From the IMG/VR virus record IMGVR_UViG_3300048928_000639, positions 4,045-68,044 of that record: a stretch of DNA of 64,000 nt. The stretch is one strand, 5' to 3'. A program made the position numbers and the translations under genes. This document shows positions 18,001 through 27,199 of this stretch, piece by piece (position 1 is the stretch's first letter; the number at the start of each line of letters is the position of its first letter). The stretch is from a virus. The notes under the pieces were generated by a model. That model saw nothing but the letters and a program-made list of their open reading frames with translations, searched no databases and was not told the DNA's origin.

Positions 18001-18405
18001 CTTCGGCGCCTCCGCGGCGGCCTTTGCGACCACCTGCGGGAATTCAGCGACGGTGATGCGCACGACGCCGCTCGGCGCTTGTTTGGAGTGTCCATACTCC
18101 AATTTTCTGGAGTAGGCGAGCGACGAAGTCATCGCGATATAGTCACCAGCTTTCATGCCAGCGACGGCCATGTTTAGCCGTGCAAAAGATGGCGCCCCGC
18201 TCTTATCGATCGTGCCGGGGACGCCTTCCGGGATTGCGTTAAGCGACACCAACCAGGAAGACTTGAAACGCCCTTCGTCGACAGGCGATTTCTGGATCAC
18301 GCGACTTAACAGGTCCAAAGAAGTACGCCTGACCACTAACGTCGCATTACCCTTCGCCTTTTCAACAAACCGTGCGATGTCCAGCTCAAACGACCCGAGC
18401 GCCAT
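17998..18405 (-). CDS. HK97 gp10-like tail completion protein
   Basis: SPVDEGRFKSSW...Y..KLEYGHSKQAP.G.VR. Confidence 0.85.
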   Translation of the reverse strand: MALGSFELDIARFVEKAKGNATLVVRRTSLDLLSRVIQKSPVDEGRFKSSWLVSLNAIPEGVPGTIDKSGAPSFARLNMAVAGMKAGDYIAMTSSLAYSRKLEYGHSKQAPSGVVRITVAEFPQVVAKAAAEAPK

Positions 18406-18409
18406 GCCC

Positions 18410-18781
18410 CTACACTCGACACTGACAGTCGAACATCACGACCGTTCCCGCAGGCTGCAGCGGATCCGCCTTGACCACGGGGTAGTCGACACCGCCGACC
18501 GTCACGCTGTCCGGCGCTGTAACGGACGTAACGCCCTGCAGCGCGAGCGGACCCGCCGCGACCAACCAGCGCTGGTCCGTCGCGAGCACCGAGTCACCCT
18601 GCAACTGCTTCCAGGTGAATTCGACACGCACCGCAAATGTCGCGTAAGCAACGGGTGTCAACGTCTGGTCCCACGCCGGGCCGGTCGTCACCTGCTTGGT
18701 CACGGCAGCGGGACCGCCGAAGTCCGCGATCAGTTCGTCGGCGTCGTCGCGGCTCTCCAGATAGTCGAAGGGGTCGCTCAA
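18410..18781 (-). CDS. Head-closure / head-tail joining protein
   Basis: ADELIADFG start, P.QPAGT..MFDCQCR end; synteny. Confidence 0.7.
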   Translation of the reverse strand: MSDPFDYLESRDDADELIADFGGPAAVTKQVTTGPAWDQTLTPVAYATFAVRVEFTWKQLQGDSVLATDQRWLVAAGPLALQGVTSVTAPDSVTVGGVDYPVVKADPLQPAGTVVMFDCQCRV

Positions 18782-19335
18782 GACCGCACCAAGCGCACGT
18801 TGCCGCTTGTCGCACCCGGCGAACTGGTCACCAACCCGCGCAGCAGGCCGTCAATGGCGATGTAGCGGTCCACCGCGGGCGCGCCGTCCATGTAGACGAT
18901 GTCCTTGCGCAGCGGTCCGACCGACTTGCCGATGCTCTTAATCATGCCACCGCGCACCAGCGTCGGCTCCAGCTTCGTCCCTGCGAAGGCAAGAAGTGAC
19001 GCTTCGCACTGTGCATTTTTGATCTGCACGGGTATCGCATCGATGGCGATCTGGAACCCCTCGCCATCCACAAGCGGGTACGTGTAGCTGCGCCACAGTG
19101 TGCGATAGCCATCAACGCGCGGCCATGCGAGCGCCTGAGTCTGCGTTGCTGCGATGCCAACCCATCGTCCGCGATAGGCGTTTTCAAGGTATGCGACGCC
19201 CTTGTGTAAGACGACTCCCAACTCATCGTCGGTACCGCTCACGCCGCGACCAGTCTTATCGCAATACGCATTGAATTCCTGTAGCGTAATGTAGCTGTCT
19301 GCGTCGGCCGAGCCGGGAGTCGTGACGATGGTCAT
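18778..19335 (-). CDS. Head-tail adaptor (DnaT-like family)
   Basis: ADSYIT...QALAWPR...IPVQIKNAQCE. Confidence 0.8.
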   Translation of the reverse strand: MTIVTTPGSADADSYITLQEFNAYCDKTGRGVSGTDDELGVVLHKGVAYLENAYRGRWVGIAATQTQALAWPRVDGYRTLWRSYTYPLVDGEGFQIAIDAIPVQIKNAQCEASLLAFAGTKLEPTLVRGGMIKSIGKSVGPLRKDIVYMDGAPAVDRYIAIDGLLRGLVTSSPGATSGNVRLVRS

Positions 19336-19345
19336 CTGAAATCCT

Positions 19346-19714
19346 TCAATAGAATACCATCACGTCCCAGCCGTGGACGTCGCACACTTCAGCGGCAAGG
19401 CGCCGGAATGCGCCGTTGTGCGTGTTAGCTGTGCCGCGCCGATCCATGCCGAGTTCTTCAAGGTGCAGATGGATCAACTCATGGGCCATCTTTCGGAACA
19501 ACGTGTCCGTGTGGCCAATTGCATTTTTCGAAGCGGTGATCGTGTGCTGCCTGCCGTCCCACTGGTAATGCGCGCAGTGAGACCTGAATCGCCCGACTTT
19601 GAACGCTACATCTTCGCCGTCGGGCATTCCCCAGCGACTGAACGGCGGCGTCAGCACCAGATAGTCATAGACGGCACGAAGGGTCTCGGGTGTGAATTCA
19701 AGACCCTTCGCCAT
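19346..19714 (-). CDS. SprT-like zinc metallopeptidase
   Basis: AHELIHL (HExxH) followed by H-N-G-A-F. Confidence 0.65.
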   Translation of the reverse strand: MAKGLEFTPETLRAVYDYLVLTPPFSRWGMPDGEDVAFKVGRFRSHCAHYQWDGRQHTITASKNAIGHTDTLFRKMAHELIHLHLEELGMDRRGTANTHNGAFRRLAAEVCDVHGWDVMVFY

Positions 19715-19724
19715 TGTCGGACCT

Positions 19725-20042
19725 TTACTTCGCTGCGAGCGCCGCTTCGATCACGGCGACGGCCTGGTCCTTGTTCTCGACTGCGCGGCCGGTGATCGCC
19801 GCAGCAATCGCCTTCAGTTCGGCGACGTCGCCGTCCCGCCAATCTTCTTTCAGCGCATCGAGCGGGCTCGGCGGTACGGCAGGCGGGGGCGGCACGGGCG
19901 GACCCGGCGGCGGCATCAGCGGCGGAATGAACAGTTCGAACTTGGACGGATCGGCATCATATTCGGACTGGTTGACGTCAACGAAGTCCCCCTGGTTTTC
20001 GCCCCAGGATTTTACTTTCACGGTCGGGCAGGAATAGCTCAT
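19725..20042 (-). CDS. Small proline-rich head-associated protein
   Basis: CPTVKV...VNQSEYD, polyproline linker, C-terminal HeH-like helices; after capsid. Confidence 0.65.
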   Translation of the reverse strand: MSYSCPTVKVKSWGENQGDFVDVNQSEYDADPSKFELFIPPLMPPPGPPVPPPPAVPPSPLDALKEDWRDGDVAELKAIAAAITGRAVENKDQAVAVIEAALAAK

Positions 20043-20120
20043 GTGGGTCTTTCTGCGTGGTGGATACTATGAGGGGCACCGCTTCGGCTGCGATGCCCCC
20101 TTACTATCCGCGCGCGGCGT

Positions 20121-21287
20121 TTAACCGAGCAGGAGGCCACAATAGCGCGGGGCGATCATCTTGACGCCCCATGCGAGGTTGACTTCGTAGCGAACCTGAC
20201 GCTTCTGCTTATAGACGCAGAATTCGTAGGCGATGCCGGACACGGGATCCTGCACCACCATCACGTCGTCCGCGTCGTCGCCGCCTTCCGGCATCGCCGG
20301 CGCGCGGGTGGCCAACTGAATGGCCGAACGCTGGAAGAACATGTTGCGGGTAGCCGCCGCGACCACGGTGATCGCCTTGGTAGCCGCCGACATGGCGACC
20401 TTGATGCCGGGCTCGGCGATAACCAGGGTGCCACCGTTCGAGATATCGGCATCACCGCTGACCACGACGTACTGGTTGGTGTCGCCGGCGAAGGTGATGA
20501 TGTCACCGGCGATCAGCGTACCGGTGCCAGCCGAGGCGAGGGTGAACGTGGTCGAACCGACCGCGTAACCCGTGTTGTCCGTGGTGGCAGAGGCGCCGGT
20601 ACCCGCGGTGACGGCGCGCGCCACCTTGTCGGAGTTGTGGACCATGAAGTTTTCCACGGTGCCGATGGCACCGGTGCGGAGCAGGGCGTCGCTGCCCGCT
20701 TCGTTCACCTTGAACAGGCCGGACTGCTTACCGCGGATCTTGGCGATGGCCGCCGAGCCGAGAACCATGTGCCAGTCCGACTTCGGAGCGCCGTTGTCCT
20801 CTAGAACCTGCGCCGAGTTGGCGAAGTCCGACAGGTCGGCAGCGGTGCCGAACGGCGTAGTGCCGGCGGTACCGACTGCGCGGCTGGCCTTGAGGTGCAG
20901 AGCCGCGAGGTCGGTCTCGACTTCATTGCTCAGAGTGCGTAGCGCCTGCGCGATACGGTCCCGGTTGATCTGACCGAGCGTGCCGGCATTCTGCAGACCC
21001 TTGGTCTCCTCGCCGGTGATGCCGAACGGAACGGAGCGCGCCTTGGTGATCTGCATGTCGACGTAGTTGATGGTCTGCGCCGGAGCGGAGGCCGCAACGT
21101 TGGTGACAGTCAGGTCTTCCGCCGCCATGGCGCCGACGACGGGCGAACGGATGTTTTCGTTGATGGCAGCGCGGACGGCCGACGCGTCGCGCGAAACAGC
21201 CGGGATGAAGCCGATCTGTTCGCGAGCCACGACGTCCATCGCGGCATAAATGTCGGGCACGAGCCCGGTGAGAGTGAGAATAGCCAT
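20121..21287 (-). CDS. Major capsid protein (P22 coat family)
   Basis: LTGLVPDIYAAMDVVAREQIGFIP...ATRAP...YEVNLAWGVK. Confidence 0.9.
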   Translation of the reverse strand: MAILTLTGLVPDIYAAMDVVAREQIGFIPAVSRDASAVRAAINENIRSPVVGAMAAEDLTVTNVAASAPAQTINYVDMQITKARSVPFGITGEETKGLQNAGTLGQINRDRIAQALRTLSNEVETDLAALHLKASRAVGTAGTTPFGTAADLSDFANSAQVLEDNGAPKSDWHMVLGSAAIAKIRGKQSGLFKVNEAGSDALLRTGAIGTVENFMVHNSDKVARAVTAGTGASATTDNTGYAVGSTTFTLASAGTGTLIAGDIITFAGDTNQYVVVSGDADISNGGTLVIAEPGIKVAMSAATKAITVVAAATRNMFFQRSAIQLATRAPAMPEGGDDADDVMVVQDPVSGIAYEFCVYKQKRQVRYEVNLAWGVKMIAPRYCGLLLG

Positions 21288-21337
21288 GTGTCGTAGTGCC
21301 TTTCAGGGGTGATGCGGGCTGTTCAGCGCGCGGGTTG

Positions 21338-22108
21338 TCAGTCGATGACTTTGAAACCCTCTTTGATCTTTGCGGCTCGCGTGTAGACGTCGAGCGCATC
21401 GAACTCGGAACGGGTCAGAGTCTTTCCACCGGCATCCCGCCGCTGGCCTTTCGGGTCCGAACCGGACCCGCCGCCCGCACCTTCGAAAAGGCTCGGGAAT
21501 TCCTTGATGGTGTCCTTGACCAGGTCATCGAAGGTCGCAAGACCGCCGGGACCGCTGCCGACCATCGGCGTGACGCCGTCGGCTTCCATGATCGAAGAAT
21601 TGGCGCGACCGTTGTCGTCAAATTCGATCTTGACGCGGTCGCCGATGAGGCGCGGCAGCGCGGCCATACCCTCGGCGGAAGCCTTCGCCTTGGTCAGCGC
21701 CGTGGCGAGACTCGTGTTGACGATTGCGGACTTGGCGATGCTCAGTGCGGATGCTTCGCGTTTGGCGGCGGCGCCGACAGCTTCGTCGCGCTCCTTCTTG
21801 GCGTTGCCGAGATGTGTCGCAAGCACTTCGTCGAACTTGCCGGCCTTCTTGAGCGCGTCCTCCGCCTTGACACGTTCGGCTTCCAGGCGCTGCTCGATTT
21901 CGTCCGGCGACACGCCGAGACGTTCCCAAGCTGCGACCTTGTCCTTCGCGGCCTTGTTCAGGCTGCGTTCGGAGGCGAGGGCAGTCTTGAGACCGGCAAC
22001 ATCGGGCACTTCGAAGTCGAGGACGAACTTGCCGTCCTTCTCGACGTAAGCGCCGCGGGCGGCTTCGGGAACGGAATCGAGGGTGTCGACAGTCTGGGCC
22101 AAGGCCAT
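21338..22108 (-). CDS. Capsid scaffolding protein
   Basis: LDSVPE...YVEKDGKFVLD...GLKTALASER, coiled coil, PSLFEGAGGGSG. Confidence 0.8.
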   Translation of the reverse strand: MALAQTVDTLDSVPEAARGAYVEKDGKFVLDFEVPDVAGLKTALASERSLNKAAKDKVAAWERLGVSPDEIEQRLEAERVKAEDALKKAGKFDEVLATHLGNAKKERDEAVGAAAKREASALSIAKSAIVNTSLATALTKAKASAEGMAALPRLIGDRVKIEFDDNGRANSSIMEADGVTPMVGSGPGGLATFDDLVKDTIKEFPSLFEGAGGGSGSDPKGQRRDAGGKTLTRSEFDALDVYTRAAKIKEGFKVID

Positions 22109-22165
22109 TGCAGAATCTCTCTGGTGGGGTGGTGGCCAAGATCCCCTTGGCCGTGGGTTGGTTGG

Positions 22166-23284
22166 TTACTTGCGCTCGGCTTTCGCGCGCAATTGTTCTG
22201 TGGTCAGCGGTCGGCCGTTCTGGTCGAGCAGATCGCGGAAACCGATCTTGCCGTCGCGCCAGAGTTGCGCCTTGCCGACGCCGAGGACGGTGTCTTGTCG
22301 CTGTTCCGATTGTTTCTTCAGCCACTGCTCAAACGATTGCTGCGCGGGGACTTGACCATCCATCGAAGCCCGCGTCGTGTGCGGGATTTCTTCCATGTCA
22401 ATGCCGAGGTCTTTCCAGCTTTTCAGTATTGGAATACTGGTCGATCGGCAGCCACGGTGCAGTTTGCCTGGACCTTCCAACCACGCCGGCCCGCCGTCCT
22501 TCGGCTTGTGCGCGTCGTCGTTGCTGTAATGGTGCCCGTCGCGCGTGATGCACCAAAGCGACGTGCGCGTGTCCAGGGTCGCATGCCATTGCAGCGAGAC
22601 AATCAGGTCGTCGTTCTCGGCGTACATCGCCTCGCGGCCGACGTTTGCAGCGGTCTGCACCGACGAGCGCACCAGGCTTTCCGCCGAACGCCGCGAGATA
22701 TCCGTGATGCCGGGTTGGGTCGCCGTGCCGCGGACGCGCTCAATCAGTTTCGAATTCGGTTCGCCCATCGCGACACCGGTTCGCATCTGGTCGGCGAATG
22801 CATTGGCCAGTCCGCCGGCCTGCCGCGACCACCACTCCTTGGTTGGCGCCTTGTCGATCAACACGTCGCTCAAGAGGTTGGTTAGCGCGGCGCGGGTCAG
22901 ACCCGATTCGGAAAAGGTCGCATGCACCGAAGCGTTGATCGCGTTGCCGGTCCAGGTTGCCTCGGCGTCGATGATCTCGCGAATCTCGCGACCCATCAGC
23001 GTCGACACGTCGCGGTATGTGCCGCGGATCGTGTCTTGAACTTCCTTCAGCAGCGCGGAGAGCCGCTTGCGTTGTGCTGCGATCTGTCCGACACCGGTTG
23101 GGTCGATCTTGGCGACAGCGGCGATCAGTTCCTTTTCCAGTTCGGCGAGGAACACGAGAACCTTGTCACGGGTACCGGCCTCCAGCCGCAACAAATCGAT
23201 TGCCCGCTCCATGTACAAGTCGACTATCGCTTCGTTGCTGGTCAGGCTAGTCGGTTGCGGATCGACCTTGGTGGGGAGCGTCAC
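22166..23284 (-). CDS. Minor head morphogenesis protein (Mu gpF / SPP1 gp7 family)
   Basis: WHATLDTRTS..C...DG...P..H.GCRS. Confidence 0.88.
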   Translation of the reverse strand: MTLPTKVDPQPTSLTSNEAIVDLYMERAIDLLRLEAGTRDKVLVFLAELEKELIAAVAKIDPTGVGQIAAQRKRLSALLKEVQDTIRGTYRDVSTLMGREIREIIDAEATWTGNAINASVHATFSESGLTRAALTNLLSDVLIDKAPTKEWWSRQAGGLANAFADQMRTGVAMGEPNSKLIERVRGTATQPGITDISRRSAESLVRSSVQTAANVGREAMYAENDDLIVSLQWHATLDTRTSLWCITRDGHHYSNDDAHKPKDGGPAWLEGPGKLHRGCRSTSIPILKSWKDLGIDMEEIPHTTRASMDGQVPAQQSFEQWLKKQSEQRQDTVLGVGKAQLWRDGKIGFRDLLDQNGRPLTTEQLRAKAERK

Positions 23285-24681
23285 GCGTCAGGTCCGAGTG
23301 GCATCGGCGGACCATTGAGCACCACGCTATCCGCCTTGATGCGGTCCAACGTAACTTCGACGTCCGTGGTCTCAGGCAACACGCCGCGGCGGATAAGCGC
23401 CTCGATGTAAGTCTGATTGTCGATCTTGCCGGCAATGACGGCCTGCGTGAGCGGGGCCAGATCGCCGCGCATGGCAGAGACCCCAAAGTCAGTATTGACC
23501 TCGACCTCGCCACCGGCGTCCTCACCAAGCCCCTGGTACTCTGCCATATAGCCCAGTGACTGCTCCAGCGCATCGCCGAGCGATCGGGCCATCATGGCGA
23601 GCGGAGAATTCTCTTTGTCGTTGTCGCGTATTTCACCAGTCGCCGACTGACCGCCGGGGCCGTCAATCAGAAGCTGCAGGCCGACCGCAGCCATCTGGCG
23701 TTCGAGATTGTCCAGATCCTTGTCGCCCGAACTGATGGCGGCACCGCTGTGTTCGACGTAACCGAGTTTGGCATTCACGTCCGAATTTCGGATCGCGCTA
23801 CCCGCTCCGATGACGATCTTATCGTCAGCGCCGCAGCCCGCATAGAACAGGATCGGCACCCGCGCGACATGGAGGATATTGCGCTGGTCGGACTGCGACT
23901 GCCAGTGTGCGGCGTTGATTTCCGCCAGCTTCTCCAGTGGCGGCTCGAACGTCATGAACCCGGTGCGGTTGATATAGAACGGCACCAGTGTGATTTTGGG
24001 CAGGCGAGATGTGCCAGCATCGAACAACTGCCACTCGCCCTTGGCATCCTTGCGCCACGTTTCCCACGCGCCGGGGGTGATCACCTTGATCTGTTCGACT
24101 TCCGACTCGTTGAAGTCGCCGTCTGGAACGGTGATGCACTCCTTGACGCGGATCTGCGTCAGGGTTTCGGCGCCGTCAATCATCGTCGATTTCCAGCCCA
24201 GCAAATTTTCGAGCGGGATGTAAACGAGAAAAGGACGAAGGCCTGCGTTCTTCTCGTCAGCGATCGTGGCGGGGGCGCCGTCCTCGCGCACGACAGACGG
24301 CGGCAGGTCCACCAGGATGTAGCCGCCGCCGGTGACCATGCCGTCGAGAAACACGTCGCGGGCGAACACATTGAGATGCCGACCGGTCAAGTCGATATCC
24401 TCGGCGAAATCCACCAGTTCCGGCGGCACATCGTCCTTGAGAACGACCGGCTTGGTGAACACCTTGCCGGTCATGTCGCCGACGGTCTTGGCGAACGCGT
24501 TGAACAGCGTGGAACGCCGCAGACGCGCCTGATAGGCGTCGTCCGACTCGGCGTACTCTTTCGGCAGGTACTTCTCGCCGGCCTTGCGCATCGCCCGCGT
24601 GCCGCCCATGAGCGTGCGCGGCAACTCGGCGCAGTCAATCATGTGCTGCTGCGATTTGATTACCGTGGAGACATCAGCCAT
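23281..24681 (-). CDS. Portal protein (DUF4055-type)
   Basis: LMGGTRAMRKAGEKYLP...Y.ARL; HWQSQSDQRNILHVARVP. Confidence 0.9.
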   Translation of the reverse strand: MADVSTVIKSQQHMIDCAELPRTLMGGTRAMRKAGEKYLPKEYAESDDAYQARLRRSTLFNAFAKTVGDMTGKVFTKPVVLKDDVPPELVDFAEDIDLTGRHLNVFARDVFLDGMVTGGGYILVDLPPSVVREDGAPATIADEKNAGLRPFLVYIPLENLLGWKSTMIDGAETLTQIRVKECITVPDGDFNESEVEQIKVITPGAWETWRKDAKGEWQLFDAGTSRLPKITLVPFYINRTGFMTFEPPLEKLAEINAAHWQSQSDQRNILHVARVPILFYAGCGADDKIVIGAGSAIRNSDVNAKLGYVEHSGAAISSGDKDLDNLERQMAAVGLQLLIDGPGGQSATGEIRDNDKENSPLAMMARSLGDALEQSLGYMAEYQGLGEDAGGEVEVNTDFGVSAMRGDLAPLTQAVIAGKIDNQTYIEALIRRGVLPETTDVEVTLDRIKADSVVLNGPPMPLGPDA

Positions 24682-25937
24682 TAAATGCGAAGCTCCTGGC
24701 TGGACGTCGTGCGAGCGCGGCGGACTGATTCGATTTTGTAGCGAATTCCATCGATGCAGTGATTGTTCTTGTCTTCAAGCTCACTCGTGATAAGGCCCGT
24801 TTTCTTGTCGACCTTGTACGAATAGAGCTTGAGTTCATCGATGGTGTGGAAGCAGTCCGGATGCACAACGATGTCGTATGACTGCAGGAACGTGACGCCT
24901 TCTTCGACCGAACCGGGTCCCTTGATGGCCGCGGTCATCTGCGGAAAGCCGTTCCGCTTCATGTAGCTGATGGTCTCGGGTCGCGCGCTGTCCGCTACAA
25001 ACGGAACTGTCTGCGCAAGCGATCTCCAGCTGGGATCGCGAGCCTTCGCCTCTGACCAATCGGGGTCGAGCTTCTTAAACAGCGCCGGCGTGCGATCGAT
25101 CTCACAGCCGATCTGCCAAACTTCTCGCCAGATATAGAGCGTTCGCCCGCGAATAAAGCCGAGCGTGGCCACCGTCGGATCAACCGAGAAGCCCCAGTCG
25201 CCGCCGCCAAGGATGACGTCACCGGGCTGACGCTCAAACCGTTCCACTTTCCAGTTGCGAAAGACCTGCGCCTCGGAATTCTGCCGATAGCCACCGCGCC
25301 ACACCCAGTTATATTTGTCGGCGTCGCGGAGCTTGTCGCGCTCCATGTCCCGGCGCAGATCCTCGGGAAACCAGGGGTTGTCCTCGAAATTGACCGTGAC
25401 CAGTGCGAAATCGGGATCGTTCGCCGCGATGTTGTCGTTGAAGAACTTGTCGACCGGGTCCGTTGCGAATTCGGGGTTCCAAGAGAACCACTGTTCGGTG
25501 CCTGGTGTGCGGAAAGTGGGGATGGCCAGATCAAGCGAACGTTGGGTGAGCGTCTGCGACTCTTCGTACCAAACCCGGTTAAAGCCCTCTAGCGACTTGA
25601 TGCTAGCGGCCGTGTGGTTCTGCAGCCCACGAAACACGAACAGCGAATCGTTCGGGCCGGTGATCTCGCGTTCCGTGATCTTGAAATGCCCACGGACATC
25701 GTGCTTGTTGATCTTGTCCTCAAGCAATTGCTTGACTGAGTCCTTGATCGAATTCTGTACTTCGCGGACGCAGGCGCCGCGCACATGGCCACGAAAACAA
25801 TCCCGAACAAATCGCTCGGCGAAATAGTGGCTCTTGGCACCGCCGCGCCCGCCTTTAGCGCCCTTGAATCGCCGTGGGGCCGTAAGTGGGACGAACGCGC
25901 GGGGCGTCGAAAGCCGGAATGCTGTATCTGCGATCAT
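24681..25937 (-). CDS. terL: Terminase large subunit (PBSX family)
   Basis: KGGRGGAKSH Walker A, REVQNSI, WYEE, DWGF..DP, NNHCIDGIRY. Confidence 0.95.
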   Translation of the reverse strand: MIADTAFRLSTPRAFVPLTAPRRFKGAKGGRGGAKSHYFAERFVRDCFRGHVRGACVREVQNSIKDSVKQLLEDKINKHDVRGHFKITEREITGPNDSLFVFRGLQNHTAASIKSLEGFNRVWYEESQTLTQRSLDLAIPTFRTPGTEQWFSWNPEFATDPVDKFFNDNIAANDPDFALVTVNFEDNPWFPEDLRRDMERDKLRDADKYNWVWRGGYRQNSEAQVFRNWKVERFERQPGDVILGGGDWGFSVDPTVATLGFIRGRTLYIWREVWQIGCEIDRTPALFKKLDPDWSEAKARDPSWRSLAQTVPFVADSARPETISYMKRNGFPQMTAAIKGPGSVEEGVTFLQSYDIVVHPDCFHTIDELKLYSYKVDKKTGLITSELEDKNNHCIDGIRYKIESVRRARTTSSQELRI

Positions 25938-26365
25938 GAGGCGACCGGTGCAGCGGGGTCGATGATCGTTTCAATGATCTCGGTTATCTCGCGGGGTTTG
26001 TCCGAACCGGGTTTGGTGCTCACCGCACCCTTCGGCGCATAGGCCCCCGCCATCTCCTTGGCGATCTGCTCCAGGTACTGCGCGCACGGCGCGCCGCGGT
26101 CCCGCTCCTTGACGTACATACGGTTCAGTTCGGCGACGCGCACTTCCAGCTTGGCGGTCGGCGCGTCCAGGAACTTGGCCAGTTCAGCGTCAGCGTAGGC
26201 GATCCAATCCGGCGGTAGCTTGTCGCGCTCGCAACCCGCCACGTCGTCCAAGGTGATCTTCTCGCCGTTAAACCGGCGCGGGAAGGCGGCGACGATGGCA
26301 TCAGGGGTGATGAAGGTGGCGCGCTGGCTGACAATGAATGCGTACTGGTCGCGGGTCAGAGCCAT
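25934..26365 (-). CDS. terS: Terminase small subunit (DUF2280-like)
   Basis: FIV..RATFITP..IV...F; LEQIAKEMAGAY; overlaps terL start. Confidence 0.75.
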   Translation of the reverse strand: MALTRDQYAFIVSQRATFITPDAIVAAFPRRFNGEKITLDDVAGCERDKLPPDWIAYADAELAKFLDAPTAKLEVRVAELNRMYVKERDRGAPCAQYLEQIAKEMAGAYAPKGAVSTKPGSDKPREITEIIETIIDPAAPVAS

Positions 26366-26579
26366 GGACAACGCTACAAGGCATCCCGCCCTGTCCTTCC
26401 TCCGCCCGCCAGCAGCCTGCGGCGGCAATCGTAACGCGGCGCGACGCCCCGCAGGCTCGTTCGCAATAGTTCCCCTTTCGACCTCGTCCGCTGCACGCGT
26501 GACTCAAACGGTCGTCGGCGACTTACCACGGGGATCCCCGCCGATTGGCTGTACGTTTATGCTCCGCCGAGACCGCGAC

Positions 26580-26601
26580 TCGGGATGGCATGCCATCCCG
26601 A
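26580..26601. repeat. Perfect 22-bp palindrome TCGGGATGGCATGCCATCCCGA
   Basis: Read directly; a 12-bp palindrome CGGGGATCCCCG lies at 26529-26540. Confidence 0.85.
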
Positions 26602-26770
26602 ATTGGAAAAACACTCTCGAACGCCGCCGGACGCTGCGGACGCGGCACCCTGAAATACGATTTGGCGGTGGGCCGTCTTGGTGCGGCGGCGCACGGGAGT
26701 GCTCAAAGGAAAAGGCCGCACCGGAGTGCAGCCCTTTGGGTCATTTTGACGGGATTCCACGAGTGACATG

Positions 26771-26822
26771 TTTTTATCATACGGCTACCCGCTTGTCAAC
26801 TGATCGTGAGAGACAAGATTAA
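26771..26822 (-). promoter_or_regulatory. Class II (late-operon) promoter: dyad copy (26800-26822, GANTC lost) directly upstream of TTGACA-17bp-TAAAAA
   Basis: Minus strand ttaatcttgtctctcacgatcag-TTGACA-agcgggtagccgtatga-TAAAAA. Confidence 0.65.
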
Positions 26823-27199
26823 TTAGCGGGGTTACGCATCTCCAGGCCGTACCGGATGCCCTCGCGGATCGTTTCGACCTTGTCGAGATCGATCTGCTTC
26901 AGCCCCGATGCGCGCTGATCGGCGACCCAGAGACCGACAAGGAATTCTTCGTCGAATTCGCTGGTGTCCACGGGCTCCACCAACGCCGCCACGTTGTAGG
27001 AATCGTCGAGCCACTTCGCGGGCGCCGGCATGAACGGGCATTCGCCATCGGCGCCAGAGGCAGTGTGCAGCGCCAGAATCAGGCCATTGGCGTAGCCGTG
27101 GAGATACGGATTGGCGTTGAAATTGCCGGGCGACTTGGACACGTCAACCATGTTCTGGAGATCGGTGACGACTTTGGCGAGGCGTTCTTTCGGGGTCAT
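26819..27199 (-). CDS. Hypothetical protein
   Basis: MTPKERL start with RBS; GNFNANPYLHGYANGLILA. Confidence 0.6.
   Translation of the reverse strand: MTPKERLAKVVTDLQNMVDVSKSPGNFNANPYLHGYANGLILALHTASGADGECPFMPAPAKWLDDSYNVAALVEPVDTSEFDEEFLVGLWVADQRASGLKQIDLDKVETIREGIRYGLEMRNPAN

Noticed and set aside
21296-22885. Long antisense ORFs (e.g. 529 aa here, also 23749-24684, 42462-43442)
   Set aside because: Shadow frames of high-GC coding genes, with no motifs or RBS
26580-26601. Protelomerase telRL site
   Set aside because: No protelomerase gene seen; the phage has an ordinary integrase
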